The position numbers were made by a program, and so were the translations under genes. A stretch of DNA of 64,000 bases from Octopus sinensis (lineage: Eukaryota), in assembly GCF_006345805.1 (NCBI RefSeq), contig NC_043021.1:23622001-23686000 (forward strand). The letters run 5' to 3'. Shown in pieces: positions 50,508 through 64,000 of the stretch; position 1 is the stretch's first letter; every line of letters begins with the position of its first letter. Below the pieces are notes generated by a model that saw nothing but the letters and a program-made list of their open reading frames with translations, had not been told where the DNA came from and made no database searches.

Positions 50508-51379
50508 ATCACACTTATATACATAAATATATATGCATATATATACATGTACATGAGTATATATTTATATATATGTGTCTGTGTGTATATATATATATAT
50601 AATAATAATAATAATAAAATATTAGGGAATAAATCCAAACTTACAGGGAAAAATCAGATTTAGGATTAAATCTAATTTTATAGTATAAATATATTATATT
50701 ATATTATATTAAATTAGAGATAAAACCACTATTAGGCAAATCAAAAAATGAAAAACATAAGCCAATACATAAAATTAATTAATTTATATTATTTCAAATA
50801 TATATCAAAAGTATTAAAAGTTTAATAAAAGATAAAGAGTATATATATATGTATATATGTATATATGCATATATATACGCATACTTACATACATATATAC
50901 TTATATGTATATATACATGCATATGTGCATGAATATATATATATGTATATACATACATGTATACATATATATATATATATATATAATACACATATGTATG
51001 TAAATATGCATATAAGTATATATGTATATATATATACATATATATACGTATATATATATATATACATGTTCATGTACATGTATATATATATATAGATATA
51101 TATACATATGTGTGTATATATATATACATACATATATGTGTGTGTGTGTATTACGTAAATTAAAACATTATAGTCTAACAAACAGCTTGGCCTTTGAGTG
51201 TATAACTGCGTAATGATGCATCTATCTCTATCATACATGCATAAATACATACATACATACATTTGTGTTTGTGTGTGTGCGTGCGTGTGTGTGTGTATGC
51301 GTACGTGTGTGTGAGTGTGGACCCTTTCCCATGAGCAATGCAGTATCCACGGCTCAATAGTTTGAAATGACTAAACATG

Positions 51380-51690
51380 AACTACTATTGGATCTTACAT
51401 ACCATGTACAGGAACCATTTTTACCACTTTCCACGACTAATGGAACTGCAACTACAATATCTTTGTATATCTTATGTTTTATTCCTACTTTCATTCTCTT
51501 ATTTCCCTCTAAATTCCTTATCTCCTCCTCTTCCATAATAATTCCTTATTTCAAACTGAAATATTCACCTCTGATGAAGGGGTATCCATAATATCCCAGA
51601 AACAGCTGTAAGACTATATATCTTTTTCCTTATAAATATTCTGAAAACTACTCACATGTTATAACATTTTGTCTTGCATACATACATACA

Positions 51691-51764
<74 letters not shown>

Positions 51765-53395
51765 CAAGATAAGAAAATGGAGAAATACATCTAAATCAAA
51801 TATCAATTACCAGATAATACTCAATCACATACTTTATTAAACCACCACATAAGAGACTGTAGGGTTAAATATAAAAAGCAGAACAAATCAGTGTACATAA
51901 AAGAATGTACATAAAAAGGTGTACATAAAAGAGTAATGTTGTATAATAAGCAGAATATATATAAAAGAGAATATAAATATAAGTAAATATAAATATAAGT
52001 ATAGATTACATCTTACAGCTGTTTCGGCCATGTAGATAAGTATGTCTCATTTTACCAATATTAGCCCTTTATGGTTGGTCAATATATAGATATAAATGAG
52101 ACATTTACAAAAATATCATAAGGCCTCTTAGGAGATTATGTAATATAACTCAGTCTACATATATACCCACATGGGTGTGGGTGCATACCCACAATACAAC
52201 ATATACATATACATATGAGTGCATATACTCACACTCTTATACATATAAAAATATACATTTACATAATGATATAAATAAATAATATAAATTAGTAAACATA
52301 TATATGTGTTCCACATTCAATGTCTCAGTTTTTCGACTTAATATTGTGATAATAAACATACACAAATTAGTACCTAGATGCAAATATACATTATATTACT
52401 TCATAATAATTTCTAAAGTGTCATTAAAGTTAGCATCATCATTGTTGTCAATACCATTAATGTTATCATTATTATCATTCATAATATTGTTAATAACGCT
52501 TACGTTAGGATCCAGAGCGGTATATATGTATGTCTGGGTTCCAGTTAATAATTTTCCTTATGACATAAATACACTATTGGATTTGAATTTAAAATTATCA
52601 TTATCTTCCTCACGGTTGGTCAATTGAGAGCCGCCCGACATCCACCACACCGCACAAGCAAAACATACACATCCACATCTAACCCTAAACCCACACATCC
52701 ACACAGAAACTCACACACACATGTACACACACATGAATACATCCCGACACATCTCTACACATTCAATATATTGCAGAGTGCGTGTCTGTCATCGCATGGC
52801 TTATAAACATATCAGTACAGGCAGCAGTGTCTAACACTAACACACACACTCACACGCACATCCGCATATACGCATAAATATTGATACACTTTCCTATACT
52901 GTGTCAGGGAACTTTCGCACACACATATATATATTTAAATATATATCTGCGCACTCATACGTACAAATAAAACCTATATTTATATCCACCCATGAATGAA
53001 TATTCGCATATACATATATACATATCCAAGTACGCACCTGCGACTCATATGTGTAATAAAAACATACATCCGTACATCCACCCACAATCATACCTATATG
53101 TACAAAAACATACATACGTACACATACACATTTTCACACACCTACAGAGGTTACTATTAATTTAGAATAAGTTTATTAATTATAAATTAAATTAATTAGT
53201 AAGTGCCAAATATACAAAACAACAACAAAAATGTACACTTTTTTATGTACATTCTTTTATGTACACTGATTTGTTCTGCTTTTTATATTTAACCCTACAG
53301 TCTCTTATGTGGTGGTTTAATAAAGTATGTGATTGAGTATTATCTGGTAATTGACATTTGATTTAGATGTATTTCTCCATTTTCTTATCTTGTAT
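51380..53395. mobile_element. Decayed PLE remnants with a ~165-bp inverted repeat (51764-51925 / 53230-53393) and two hammerhead-like motifs
   Basis: Inverted repeat read directly; hammerhead-like motifs at 51567-51613(+) and 52011-52135(-). Confidence 0.55.
51567..51613 (+). ncRNA. Hammerhead motif with canonical core and weak stem I
   Basis: CU-CUGAUGA-A-GGGGUAU(CCAUA)AUAUCCC-A-GAAA-CAGCUG-UA-AG. Confidence 0.55.
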
Positions 53396-53564
53396 TAGTA
53401 ATTTCTGGTAAATCATTTTACCTTTGCCCATATAATACAGTAAATGAATTGATTGCATCACAATCATTAGCATTTATGTATTAATTTTGTTGGGTACTTC
53501 ACTAGCAGTATATTGGATATATGTTATCCCATGGAGGGTTGCATTTACAACCCCTATCTCAATT

Positions 53565-53621
<57 letters not shown>

Positions 53622-53881
53622 TATATAATTAGGATTCAGCAACGATTAGCTTATCCACACACCGAAGTTTAGAAATAGCAGTCAAAATCTTAGCTATTCC
53701 TTCTACATTAAAGGGAGTTCCCAAAAAAACAAACCACTTGAAAACAAACCACGTAGGCAAAAGGGGAAAAGATGACGAAAAAAATATATATATTGGGAGA
53801 ATTTACGGAAATACAAAAGATGAAAACAGGTGGTGTACAGAACAAACAGATATATTAGTATAACGCTCAGAAATAGAAAAG

Positions 53882-53919
53882 TTTTTTACATTTCGAGCCT
53901 ACGCTCTTCTACAGAGAGG
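53882..53919 (-). ncRNA. Hammerhead motif with CUGUAGA (U6) core, second copy of the short element
   Basis: CUGUAGA-A-GAGC(GUAG)GCUC-GAAA-UG-UA; stem II identical to 8317-8354. Confidence 0.5.
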
Positions 53920-53988
53920 GACACGGAAAAAAAGGAGAGAAACCAGGGGAGGAAAAAATGTGTGTAGTGGCTAACGATCTATCATGGC

Positions 53989-54034
<46 letters not shown>

Positions 54035-54056
54035 GGACTTACTTCAATATACTAAC

Positions 54057-54162
54057 CTGTTTGGGGTTTTATGGTTCCTTCCCCATCGAGTTCAGTCCGA
54101 AAATAAAATCCTTGAGAGGTTAATGCCCATTGCAGTAAAATAATTGAGAAAAGCTTCAACAT
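54057..54162 (-). CDS. STC: Stanniocalcin-like gene, paralog B, coding exon 1 (signal peptide), MLKLFSIILLQWALTSQGFYFRTELDGEGTIKPQT
   Basis: ATG at 54162, hydrophobic N-terminal signal-like stretch, 106 nt ending in phase 1 at donor G|GTTAGT. The phase matches exon 2 (G+CT = Ala). Linking it to exon 2 across a 15.6 kb intron is inferred from phase and signal peptide only. Confidence 0.75.
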
Positions 54163-54351
54163 ACTTCGTATTTCTTTCTCTTGGCTTATATATAAGGTCT
54201 TCTGTTGCTATCAACGTGGTCTTCTCCCTTCAAGTTCCTTTCTCCAAGTCTATCGATGATGTCAGCTGTCAGTGGTTTCGTTTAGCTCTCTCCTGCTTTC
54301 ATATAGTCATATATAGATATGTGTAAGTTTGTCCAGATATGTATATTTGTA

Positions 54352-54501
<150 letters not shown>

Positions 54502-54577
54502 CGTGTGTGTGTGTAGATATATAGATATATAGACATAAATATATATACATGTATATGCATTTATGTAAATACATATA

Positions 54578-54621
<44 letters not shown>

Positions 54622-54704
54622 TACATATATGTATATATATATTTGCCTATGGATATGTGGATATGTATGAATATGCATATATGTGTGTATCATAGATAGA
54701 TAGG

Positions 54705-54780
<76 letters not shown>

Positions 54781-55143
54781 TACGTGCATGTTTACGCAGT
54801 TATTCGCTCAAAGGCGGTACTTCTCGGCCAAGCTGTCAGTCTATATTATATTAATTGATGTAATATATAGATGATAAGCGTAACTCATGTTCCTCAGAGG
54901 AACACTTTGAAAGGAGAGAGTGGGAGACCCATCCATCAACTGTATTCAGGAGTCAAGCAGGGATATTTACGAACCTGTGTATTCATTGAGTTGCTTTCCA
55001 TCATTTGGTGTCATTAGATAAACTGTTGCATCAGATGTATAGGAAAAATATGTAAGTTCTGCATTTATTCAATCACAATGCAATAATTTCAGTTCAAAAC
55101 ATTACTAACAAAAGTGGCTGCTATCTATTTTCTAGGGAAGTGG

Positions 55144-55224
<81 letters not shown>

Positions 55225-55226
<2 letters not shown>

Positions 55227-58200
55227 CTTTTTATTGTAGCCACACAGGGCTAAACACAGAATAAAAATGGACGAAATACAATGTAGAATTTTTTCTTTTC
55301 GAGGTGGGATGGGCGGGGCACAAAAAAAAACGTTTGATCAATAGGGATCTGTGGGTTGTGTGGTGTATAAAAAAGCAATATATATATATATATATATATA
55401 AGGTTCACAGTTTAGGTCTAGCCTTGGAAAGAAAAACCTACAAAAAAGACCAAAGTCACCTCAGACAGTTCGAAAAAGAACACATGAGTAAGTCGCCTTA
55501 CTTCTCGTTGTCTCTTTTGGTTACAGATTTATGCTTAAAATAGTGTCGTCTTTCATACTGACCATTTTTGCCACTTTTACCCACTTTTTATTAAAACATT
55601 CGTTCGACAAAGCCTTCCTATCTATTCTCATCCTCCTTTTCAAGTGGTACTTGAAAACGTTGACGAAAGACTGACCAGAGAGGAAAGTGTTTGTTTGCAG
55701 TCCTTTCAAACGCGTCCACCACACACATTTTTTCGCCATAGCCATCAGCGTAACAAAATCCGTTTTCCCTTCCCGTTTAAAGGAAGGTGGTGGAACAATA
55801 TTCAGGATAGACTCGGCCGATAGGCGGGCCCGACCTACACGTGACAACAGCTGTTCGACGAAGGTCCACGGCTCTGAAATATCTGGACACTGCACGAATG
55901 CGTGCAGAACGGTTTCGTCGCTCTGACCGCATCTCGGGCAGGTCAGTCCGGTGATGGTTTTCGAACTGTGCCAGTAGCTCTTTTCTCGAACAGGTAGTGC
56001 GTCTCGATAGCATTGCCAAGCCAGGGATTTCTGGAAGTTATCCATAGGCCCCGGCCCGAACGTCGTCCTGAACAGGCGGGTTAGGAATTTCTCGTCGATG
56101 TCCAGGTTTGCCCCGAGTGTGTCGTCGGACCTCCCCTCCACTAGTCCTCTATAAAACGCTTTAGTTGTTTGTAAGTTGCACAAGTTTGACCTCGGTCGGC
56201 AGAGCTGCAGTAGAGCTTGACGACACTCTCGGTGCCAATCGCCCAGTTTCGGTCTCTTCTTGATCCACGTTTGCAGTTCGGTCAGTGAGACTAGCTGCGG
56301 GAAGGCGCGCCTCACAAACGGCGCCCACACCTGTTCACCGTCGTCGATGAAGTTCCAGAGATGTCGCAATCTCAGCGCATGCCTGCGCATCATCAACCAC
56401 GGCAAATGGACTTCCTCACCATCGGAACGCCACCCTTCCACAGGAAGCGGAAGAGTGTGCGTTCAAGTTTGGTGATGGTGGAGTCGGGACAAGGTACGAC
56501 GGTCAGGCGGTAATCAATGACGGATGCGATGCACGCGTTGGCCACCTCTGCCCGGCCTTTTAGAAACAGCTTTCTCTCGGCCCATGTTTGGCTGAGAGCG
56601 ACCACTCTACTCGTGATCTCGTCCCAGTTCTTATCCATTTGGAGATCCGGACTGAACCAGACCCCGAGCAATTTAACCGGTCCGTCCGTCCAGCATCCCA
56701 CTATTGAGCTGCAGTCGGACGGTATGGGCTTGCTTCTCCAGGTGCCGAGTAGCAAACCCACTGACTTTTCCGGGTTAATCTTCGCTCCCGTCACCGTTTC
56801 GTATTTTCTTATTGTCTCACCTATCATCTGGATGTGTTTGTCGCTCGATACTATGACGGTGACATCGTCCGCATATGCTGACACGCTCGTCCCGCAACCC
56901 AGTTCCCGTGGGATGCCCCTCAGTGTCGCCAGCTTCCGCAGTAGTGGCTCGAGAGTCAATACATACAGAAGCGCCAACAGGGGACACCCCTGACGGACCG
57001 AACGCGTGATGTCAAACGGTTTCGGTAGGTGACCGTTCACCCGAATCACCGATCGGATTCCGCTATACAAGGCAGCGATCCAACCGCGGAAGACGGGACC
57101 GAAGCCAGCCGCCCTGAGGACGGCCGCCAAGTACCGATGGTGGACCCTATCGAAGGCTTTAGACTGATCCAAATTGATCAGCGCCCCACCCATCCCAGGA
57201 TCCTTAACCACCCTGTCCACAATGTAGCACATCAGATGGAGGTTGTCATGTATGGTTCTGCCCGGCACGGCGCATGTTTGCGCCCTGTCGACCAGTTTAC
57301 CAATGACAAGCGCCAACCTCTCGGCTATTACTTTGGCCAAAATTTTCAAATCTGCGTTGAGCAGAGTGATGGGCTTGAAATTATCTATAAAATTCCCCTT
57401 GTTTGGGTCTTTGTTCAGCAACGTCACTGCACTTTGGCTCACGAAACCGGGGATTCTCCCGTTTTGTTGCCAGTTGCAGTAGACTGATGCCAAGAGGTCG
57501 CCAAACAAGTCTGGCATTTGACAATACAGCTCGTAGGGTAAACCATCCAATCCAGGCGACTTATCCCTCGCGCAGCCCGCCATCGCATCCCGCACGTCAG
57601 CGGCTGTGATGGGACTTTCACAACACTCTGCTTCTCTTGCCGAGAGCCGCGGCAGGTCGGTCAGGTAGGCACTGAAATCGATCCCGCGTTCCGACCCACC
57701 ACTCGCACCAAACAGTCGAGCAAAGTGCTGTTGAAAGGCCTCACACATCCTTTCGGGTTCGAGTAAACTGCATCTCTGTTGATCTATTAGAGACCGAATG
57801 GTGGCTATGTTGTCACGCTGCGCCTCCACTACCTCTCGCGCAGCTTCGATCCCTTCGTTCCTTAAGGCACGCATTTTAGCTCTGACGACGCAACCTTCGT
57901 GATTGGCGTTGAAGTGTTGGTCGAGGGCCATCCTCGCAGCCAGCACGTTGGTTGCGCTGCCAGTGGTAAGTGTCTCTTCTAGTTTCTTAACCAGGTCTCC
58001 CTCTACTCTATTTCGATCTATCGCTAATTCCTTGCTAAACCTAATTGATTCCGATTTTATTGCCATTTTCAGGGCGTACCACCAGCGGTTGTTAACGACG
58101 GCTCCCGTCAGCGCCCTCTTAATTAACTCGCTAATCCGGTTCCTGTAAACCTGTTGCGCTAAGAGCGACGTGTTCAGTTTCCAGTAACCGTGACTCTGTC

Positions 58201-61054
58201 TATGTGTCTTATCTAAGTCGAGCGTACACGTCACAAATTTGTGATTTGTGTAGCTGACTATTTTAAATTGTGGACATCCTACACTATCCCTATCCGCTGT
58301 CCTGCATAGAATTCTATCTAGATAAGATCTCGACGATCCGACGCGGTTTGTCCAAGTCCACGTTGGCACGTTCGGATGGTCGAGTCGGAACCTGTCAGAC
58401 AAATGAAAACGTCTGAGTAGGTCTTTGAGGCACTTACATCCCCTTCTATTCCTATCCATTCCCACATAATCTAGATGCGTGTCCAAGGTAGCGTTCCAAT
58501 CCCCTACTAACAGTAAAGGTCTAGACGTACCCAGGAAAACCTCTAGACGTCTGAAGAAATCCGCCCGACCCGTTAAGGACGGTGCATAAACTGCCATCAG
58601 ACGGAATGCATACCCATTTCTGCCATCCACGTCCAAGACAACCAGCCTACCCTCTGGGTCTAGGAATATTGTTCTTACTTTTACATTTAGACTCTTTCGA
58701 AAAAGCACCACGGTATCTCCACCACCCATGTTCGGCAGACAAGGAGAAAAATAAATATCAAATTGATCGCCAAACATGGACGCGAGGGCCCGCAGCTTGC
58801 TGAGTCTGGTTTCACTGATAGCTACTATATCCACGTTCAGTGACTTGATGTCGTTTAGAAGGTAACCTTGCTTCCAAGCCGACGCCTAGACACTCGCATT
58901 CATACAACCTAATTTAAGCATAATTGACATTTACGAAAATTGTGTTTCACACACTACATTGGAAGATACAAGAGGCAAGAGGGAAGGTCACTTACTCATT
59001 TCGAAAGTTTCAGTTTTTTCTTCTTCTTTTGTAGTGTCTTTGATGAGGTGTTTGTATAGTTTTTTGGAGAGGTATCGTTGAAACCCGCCTACCGCATTTG
59101 GAAATATTGTTTTCAGTGTATGGTGTTGTGTTTGTGTTATGTGTACAATTCTTATGTGTTTCGGTGGTGTGGTGCGCGGATGATTGTTTGTCTTAAAGTC
59201 ATCTTCACAGATGTCCGTGTTGGATGCAATATAATCCATTAATTTGTTATTGTCTGTGTCTATTGCAGTTAGTTGTGTGTGTGGTTTTGCGGGTTCATTG
59301 ATTTTTTGATTGTCTAGGGGGATGCTGTCCGGAGTTAAATATCTCCCTGCTTTACTTCCTTGTTTGTTGGGCTTTTTTATCTTTTCCTTTTACCCCCTGT
59401 GGCTATTTGCCATTCCGTCGAACTTTCGTCGTCCGACGAATCAGAAGGGGGTAAAGGCAAATCATTTGCGTTAATATGTATGCTTGTAGAAATTGTTGAT
59501 GTTTTGTGCGGTGTTTGTGTTGTTGTGGTGTTAGGGGTAGAATTTGTCTTCTCGTCACTGTTTTGTGTCTTTTTAATTGTTGTCCTCGGTGTTGGTGTTG
59601 GTCTATCTTTAGTTGGTTCAGTATGTTGAATTGGTTGCGACGTCAACAGTGATTGTGTTGGTACTGTTTCTTTTCTTGGTGATGTTGTTGGGGTTTTGTT
59701 TGCTGGTTTGTTGTTTTTCTTGACATTGTTCCATAATTGAGTGTGTTGATGTTGGTATTGGTGTTGGCAACAAGGGTTTTTTTATTTGTTTTCTGATTTG
59801 TTCTTTCTTGTCATTTCTGTGCAAGAGCACACTTGGCAATTAAATGTTCTGGGCTGCCACAGCTGTAGCATCTGGGCATTTTGCCTTCTGCTACAACATA
59901 TAGGCTTTGCCCATTTTCTAAGTGGATCCTATCAGGTAGGTTCTCGATAGAGGCGCCCTCAATCTGGATGGTCACTGCTATTGTTTTTCCACCCCAAATG
60001 TCGTTTAGGTATACGGCAGTCTCTAAGATATTTATAGTTTTCAAATGGTAACAGATTGCCCCTGTTATCCATTTGTTAGGAATCTCGGGGGTACATTTTC
60101 AATAGTAATTCTACTCACTCTCTAGCCTTTGTAGTATGGTACCATGATGATTTCATCATTTTCCAAAGACTCGGTAGAGTGAGCTTTTGCCACTACCTGG
60201 TTAGGGAAGCGGACCACTACTGTGTTAAATTGGGGAGCCAAGTTTATATATTCTTTTTTTTTCATTATGTTTTTTAAACACTTTTCTATATCCGTTTTTG
60301 TAATCTGTTCATTTTGTTTTTTGTTTTTTCTTATAATTTTATATATAATTGTCTTATTTTCTATTTGTTCCTTTATGTGTTGAGGTGTATGCAGCACTAA
60401 ATCTTGCTCTCGTTTCTATTAACTCTACATTCGTAAATTTTACTATTTCTTTTTTCTGACGCAGAGTGTCAGCGAAATTTACTGGTGTTGTTGATTCTTT
60501 TATATTAACGTCTTCACTATTAGATAGTTCATTTTTATTGTTGTTTTTCTTGTTGTTGTTTTTGTTAATAGTATTCGCGTGAGTTTCATTTTTATCATTT
60601 ATGTTGGTCGTGGTGGTGGTGGTGGTGGTGGAGTTCATGGTGGTGGTAGCAGTAGTAGTCTCGTTGTTGTTGTTGTTAGTGGTGGTGGTGGTGGTGACAG
60701 GGCTATTACCGCGAGTGGTTGCAGCGTTCACTACCACGTCATTCAGGTTTGGACTTGGGGTGCATAAGTTCTTTTTTTCTCCTAGCGTTTCCAGACTACG
60801 AAAATGCTGGTCCATAAAGGAACGCGACCAGCGTTCTACAATAAAATTTCTCGACATTTTTCAATGTCGAGAAGAAAATTACACAAATTAAATAGGGTTG
60901 AAACTGCCCCTAGGAGCGAATTCCTCCCTTGGGAAAGCACTTAAACGAAAGTTGGGTGCCTTACACACCTTATTTACAAAAATGTACACAAAATATGGGC
61001 TATAAATAGTCGAAATAAACGATTACCTTCGGAGCCGAAATGACAGCACGTCCG
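55225..61054 (-). mobile_element. Full-length Tx1/L1-clade LINE (LINE B): ORF1 about 60857-58990 (CCHC CYSCGSPEHLIAKC), ORF2 about 58930-55521 (APE-RT-zf-RVT), frameshifted
   Basis: ISETRL, VGDWN, YLDRI, SPGLDG, LDQSKAFDRV, RQGCP, AYADD, CPRC..ETVLH; bounded by (GATA)n on both sides. Confidence 0.92.
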
Positions 61055-61056
61055 TA

Positions 61057-61324
<268 letters not shown>

Positions 61325-61325
<1 letters not shown>

Positions 61326-64000
61326 GTTTCTTTATTAGCCACACAGGGCTGCACACAGATGGGACAAATTACAAAGTAGAGCTTTTCTTTTTGAGGATAA
61401 AAAAGGGGGTCTGGTTTTCGATCAAAATGGATCGTAAAAAGGAAAAAAGAAAAGAAAAGAAAAAAGGAAAAGAAACAAAAAAAAGAAGGAAAGAAGGGGA
61501 AGAGGTAAAAAAACGATCAATAGGGATCGTGTATCACAGTGTCATGATGTACGGTGTAAAGCGGGAAGCAGATAAGGTTTATCCGTGAGAAGAAAAGCCT
61601 ACGAAAAAGACCACGGTAACCTCGGTCAATGTTGTTATATGTTACCACATTTGTTTGCAAGTGCGTAACCCTCTGTTTTCACTTTCTGGGTTCATAGGAT
61701 TATGCTCAAGGTGGCTTCGTCATTCATACGTGCCATCCTTGCTACATTCACCCATCTTTTTTTAAAACATTCGCTAGACAAAACTTGCCTCTCTACTCTC
61801 ACTTTCCTTTTCAAGTAGTACTTGAAGAAGTTGATGAGAGATTGACCAGAGAGGAAAGTGTTTGTCTCCAATCCTTTCAGACGCGTCCACCAGATACATT
61901 CTTTCACCATAGCCACAAGGATGATGAAAATAGCTCTTCCTTCCCGTTTGAAGGAAGGAGGCGTGACAATATTGACGATAGACTCAACTGTTAAACCGAC
62001 TCGTCCCACAGGTGACAGCAGTTGTTCGACATAAGCCCACATGTCGGAAATTGTTGGACACTGCACGGGTGCGTGCAGAACGGTTTCGTCGCTCTGACCG
62101 CATCTCGGGCAGGTCGGCCCCGTGTTTCTCAAGCCGTGTCTGTAGAGCTTGTCCCGAACGGGTAGCGCTTCTCGGTAGCACTGGAAGATGTCCATGGGAC
62201 CTGGAGTCACTCAAGGTCGACCCGGGACGGTAGAGTCTCTTGATAGCAACGCGACACACGCGGTGCCATTCGCCCTTCCTCGGCCTCTTTTTGATCCACG
62301 ACTGCAGTTCGGTCACGGAGACGAGCTGCGGGAAAGCGTGCCTCACAAACGGCGACCACACCTGTTCACCGTCGTCTACGAAGAGCCTGAGATGTCGCAG
62401 TCTCAGCGCGTGTCTGCGCATCATCAACCACGGCATGCCCAATCCTTTTTTTAACGGGTGTTGACAGCAAATGGATCGCCTGACCATCGGGACGCATCCT
62501 TTCCACAAGAAGCGAAAGAGAATGCGTTCTAGTTTGGTGATGGTAGAGTCGAGACAAGGCACGACGGTCAGGCGGTAGTAGATGACGGACACGATGTACG
62601 TGTTCGCCACCTCTGCGCGACCTTTGAGGGACAGTTTCCTCTCGGCCTACTTCCGGGCGAGAGTGACCACCCTACTCGTTATCTCGTTCCAGTTCTTCTC
62701 CATTTGGAGGTCCGGACCGAACCAGACCCCGAGCAACTCGACCGGACCGTCGGTCCAGCGTCCCACAACGGAGGCGCTGGTGGACGGCAAGGGCTTGCTT
62801 CTCCAAGTGCCTAGTCGCAAGCCCACTGACTTTCCCGGTTGATTTTCGCTCCTGTCACCGCTTCGTAGTCTTTCAGTGTCTCGCCGACCTGCTCGATGTA
62901 CTCGTGGCTAGACACTATGACGGTGATGTCGTCCGCGTATGCAGACACACTCGTCCCGCCTCCCAGTTCTCGCGGGAAGCCCCTCAGTATTGCCAGCTTC
63001 CGCAATAATGGCTCGAGAGTCAATACGTATAGAAGCGACGAGAGGGGGCATCCCTGACGGACTGAACGTGCGATGTCGAAAGGTCTCGATACATGTCTAT
63101 TTACGCGAATTACCGAACGGATGCCTCTGTACAAATCGGCTATCCAGCCGCGGAAGACGGGACCGAAACAAGCCGCTCTGAGGACTGCCTCCAAGTATTG
63201 ATGGTCCACCCTATCGAAAGCTTTCGATTGATCCAAATTGATCAGTGCCCCACCCATGCCAGGTTCGTTAACTACCCTGTCTATGATGTAGCGCATCAGG
63301 TGGAGGTTGCCATGGATGGTCCGGCCCGAAACGGCGCACGTTTGCGCCTTGTCGACCTGTTTCTCGATGACAAGCGCCAATCTCTTGGCTAACACCTTGG
63401 CCAAAATTTTCAAGTCTGCATTAAGCAGAGTGATGGGCCTAAAGTTATCTATTACATTTCCCTTGTTTAGATTTTTCTTCAGCAGTGTTACGGCTCCTCG
63501 GCTCACAAAACCAGGAATGCTCCCGTTTTACTGCCAGTTGCAGTACACCGCTGCCAAGATATCTCCAAACAAGTCTGGCATACAATTGTAAACTCGTAGG
63601 GTAGACCATCAAAACCCGGTGATTTGTCCCTCGAGCATTCTGCCATCGCGTCCTGCACTTCCGCCGCCGTGATGGCACCTTCGCAGCGCCCTGCCTCTCT
63701 CGTCAAGGGTCGTCATAGGCTGTGTAGGTAGGCACTGACGTCCACCCTACGTTCTTGCCCGCCACTCGTCCCGAACAGTCGGGCAAAATGCTGTTGAAAG
63801 GCCTCACACATTTTACTTGGCTCGATCAATTCGCGCCCCTGTTCATGTACTAGAGACAGAATCGTGGCTTTGTTGCCCTGTTGCCCTGTTGCCACCCGGG
63901 CCTCTCTCGTGGCTCCAACACCTTCGTTCCTTAGAGCACGCATCCTAGCTCTGACAGCATACCCTTCGTGTTTGGCGTTGAAGTGTTAGTCGAGGGCCAA
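61325..64000 (-). mobile_element. Tx1/L1-clade LINE (LINE C), 3' part, running off the window
   Basis: RT and zf-RVT fragments closely similar to but distinct from LINE B; 3' end GCCCTGTGTGGCTAATAAAGAAAC followed by (TATC)n. Confidence 0.92.

Noticed and set aside
54186-54195. TATATAA as the TATA box of STC paralog B
   Set aside because: Only about 23 nt before the ATG, which would put the start site at or past the ATG; the promoter is not identifiable.

Overview
Eukaryotic DNA: AT-rich, microsatellite-dense and transposon-dense. It is most likely Octopus or another coleoid cephalopod, inferred from the tRNA/CORE-type SINE families and the repeat profile; I could not run a search to confirm. 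The six-frame ORF track is mostly microsatellite noise and misses the real host genes because they are spliced. Reading splice sites by hand gives a complete four-exon, 200-aa secreted stanniocalcin-like gene on the minus strand (ATG 54162, stop 29286, ten Cys at stanniocalcin spacing). Exons 3-4 of a second paralog lie on the plus strand (942-1168, 7418-7547). The two genes face each other tail-to-tail as the arms of a ~10 kb inverted duplication (about 100-10213 vs 24478-34556). Their exon 3 proteins differ at 28 of 75 residues, while the intron just downstream is almost identical. Introns and flanks contain at least three classical Penelope-like elements (PLEs), Naiad-type PLEs, three Tx1/L1-clade LINEs, R4/Dong-type LINEs, a mariner relic, two non-autonomous Helitrons and many SINEs. 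I found ten hammerhead-ribozyme motifs, several with non-canonical cores (U3-A8 pair; U6). Two unrelated PLEs share a slippery CAU-UUU-UU(A/U) site joining an N-terminal ORF to the RT frame in -1 phase. No CRISPR, rRNA or true tRNA genes are supported. All coordinates and counts were made by eye and should be re-checked computationally.
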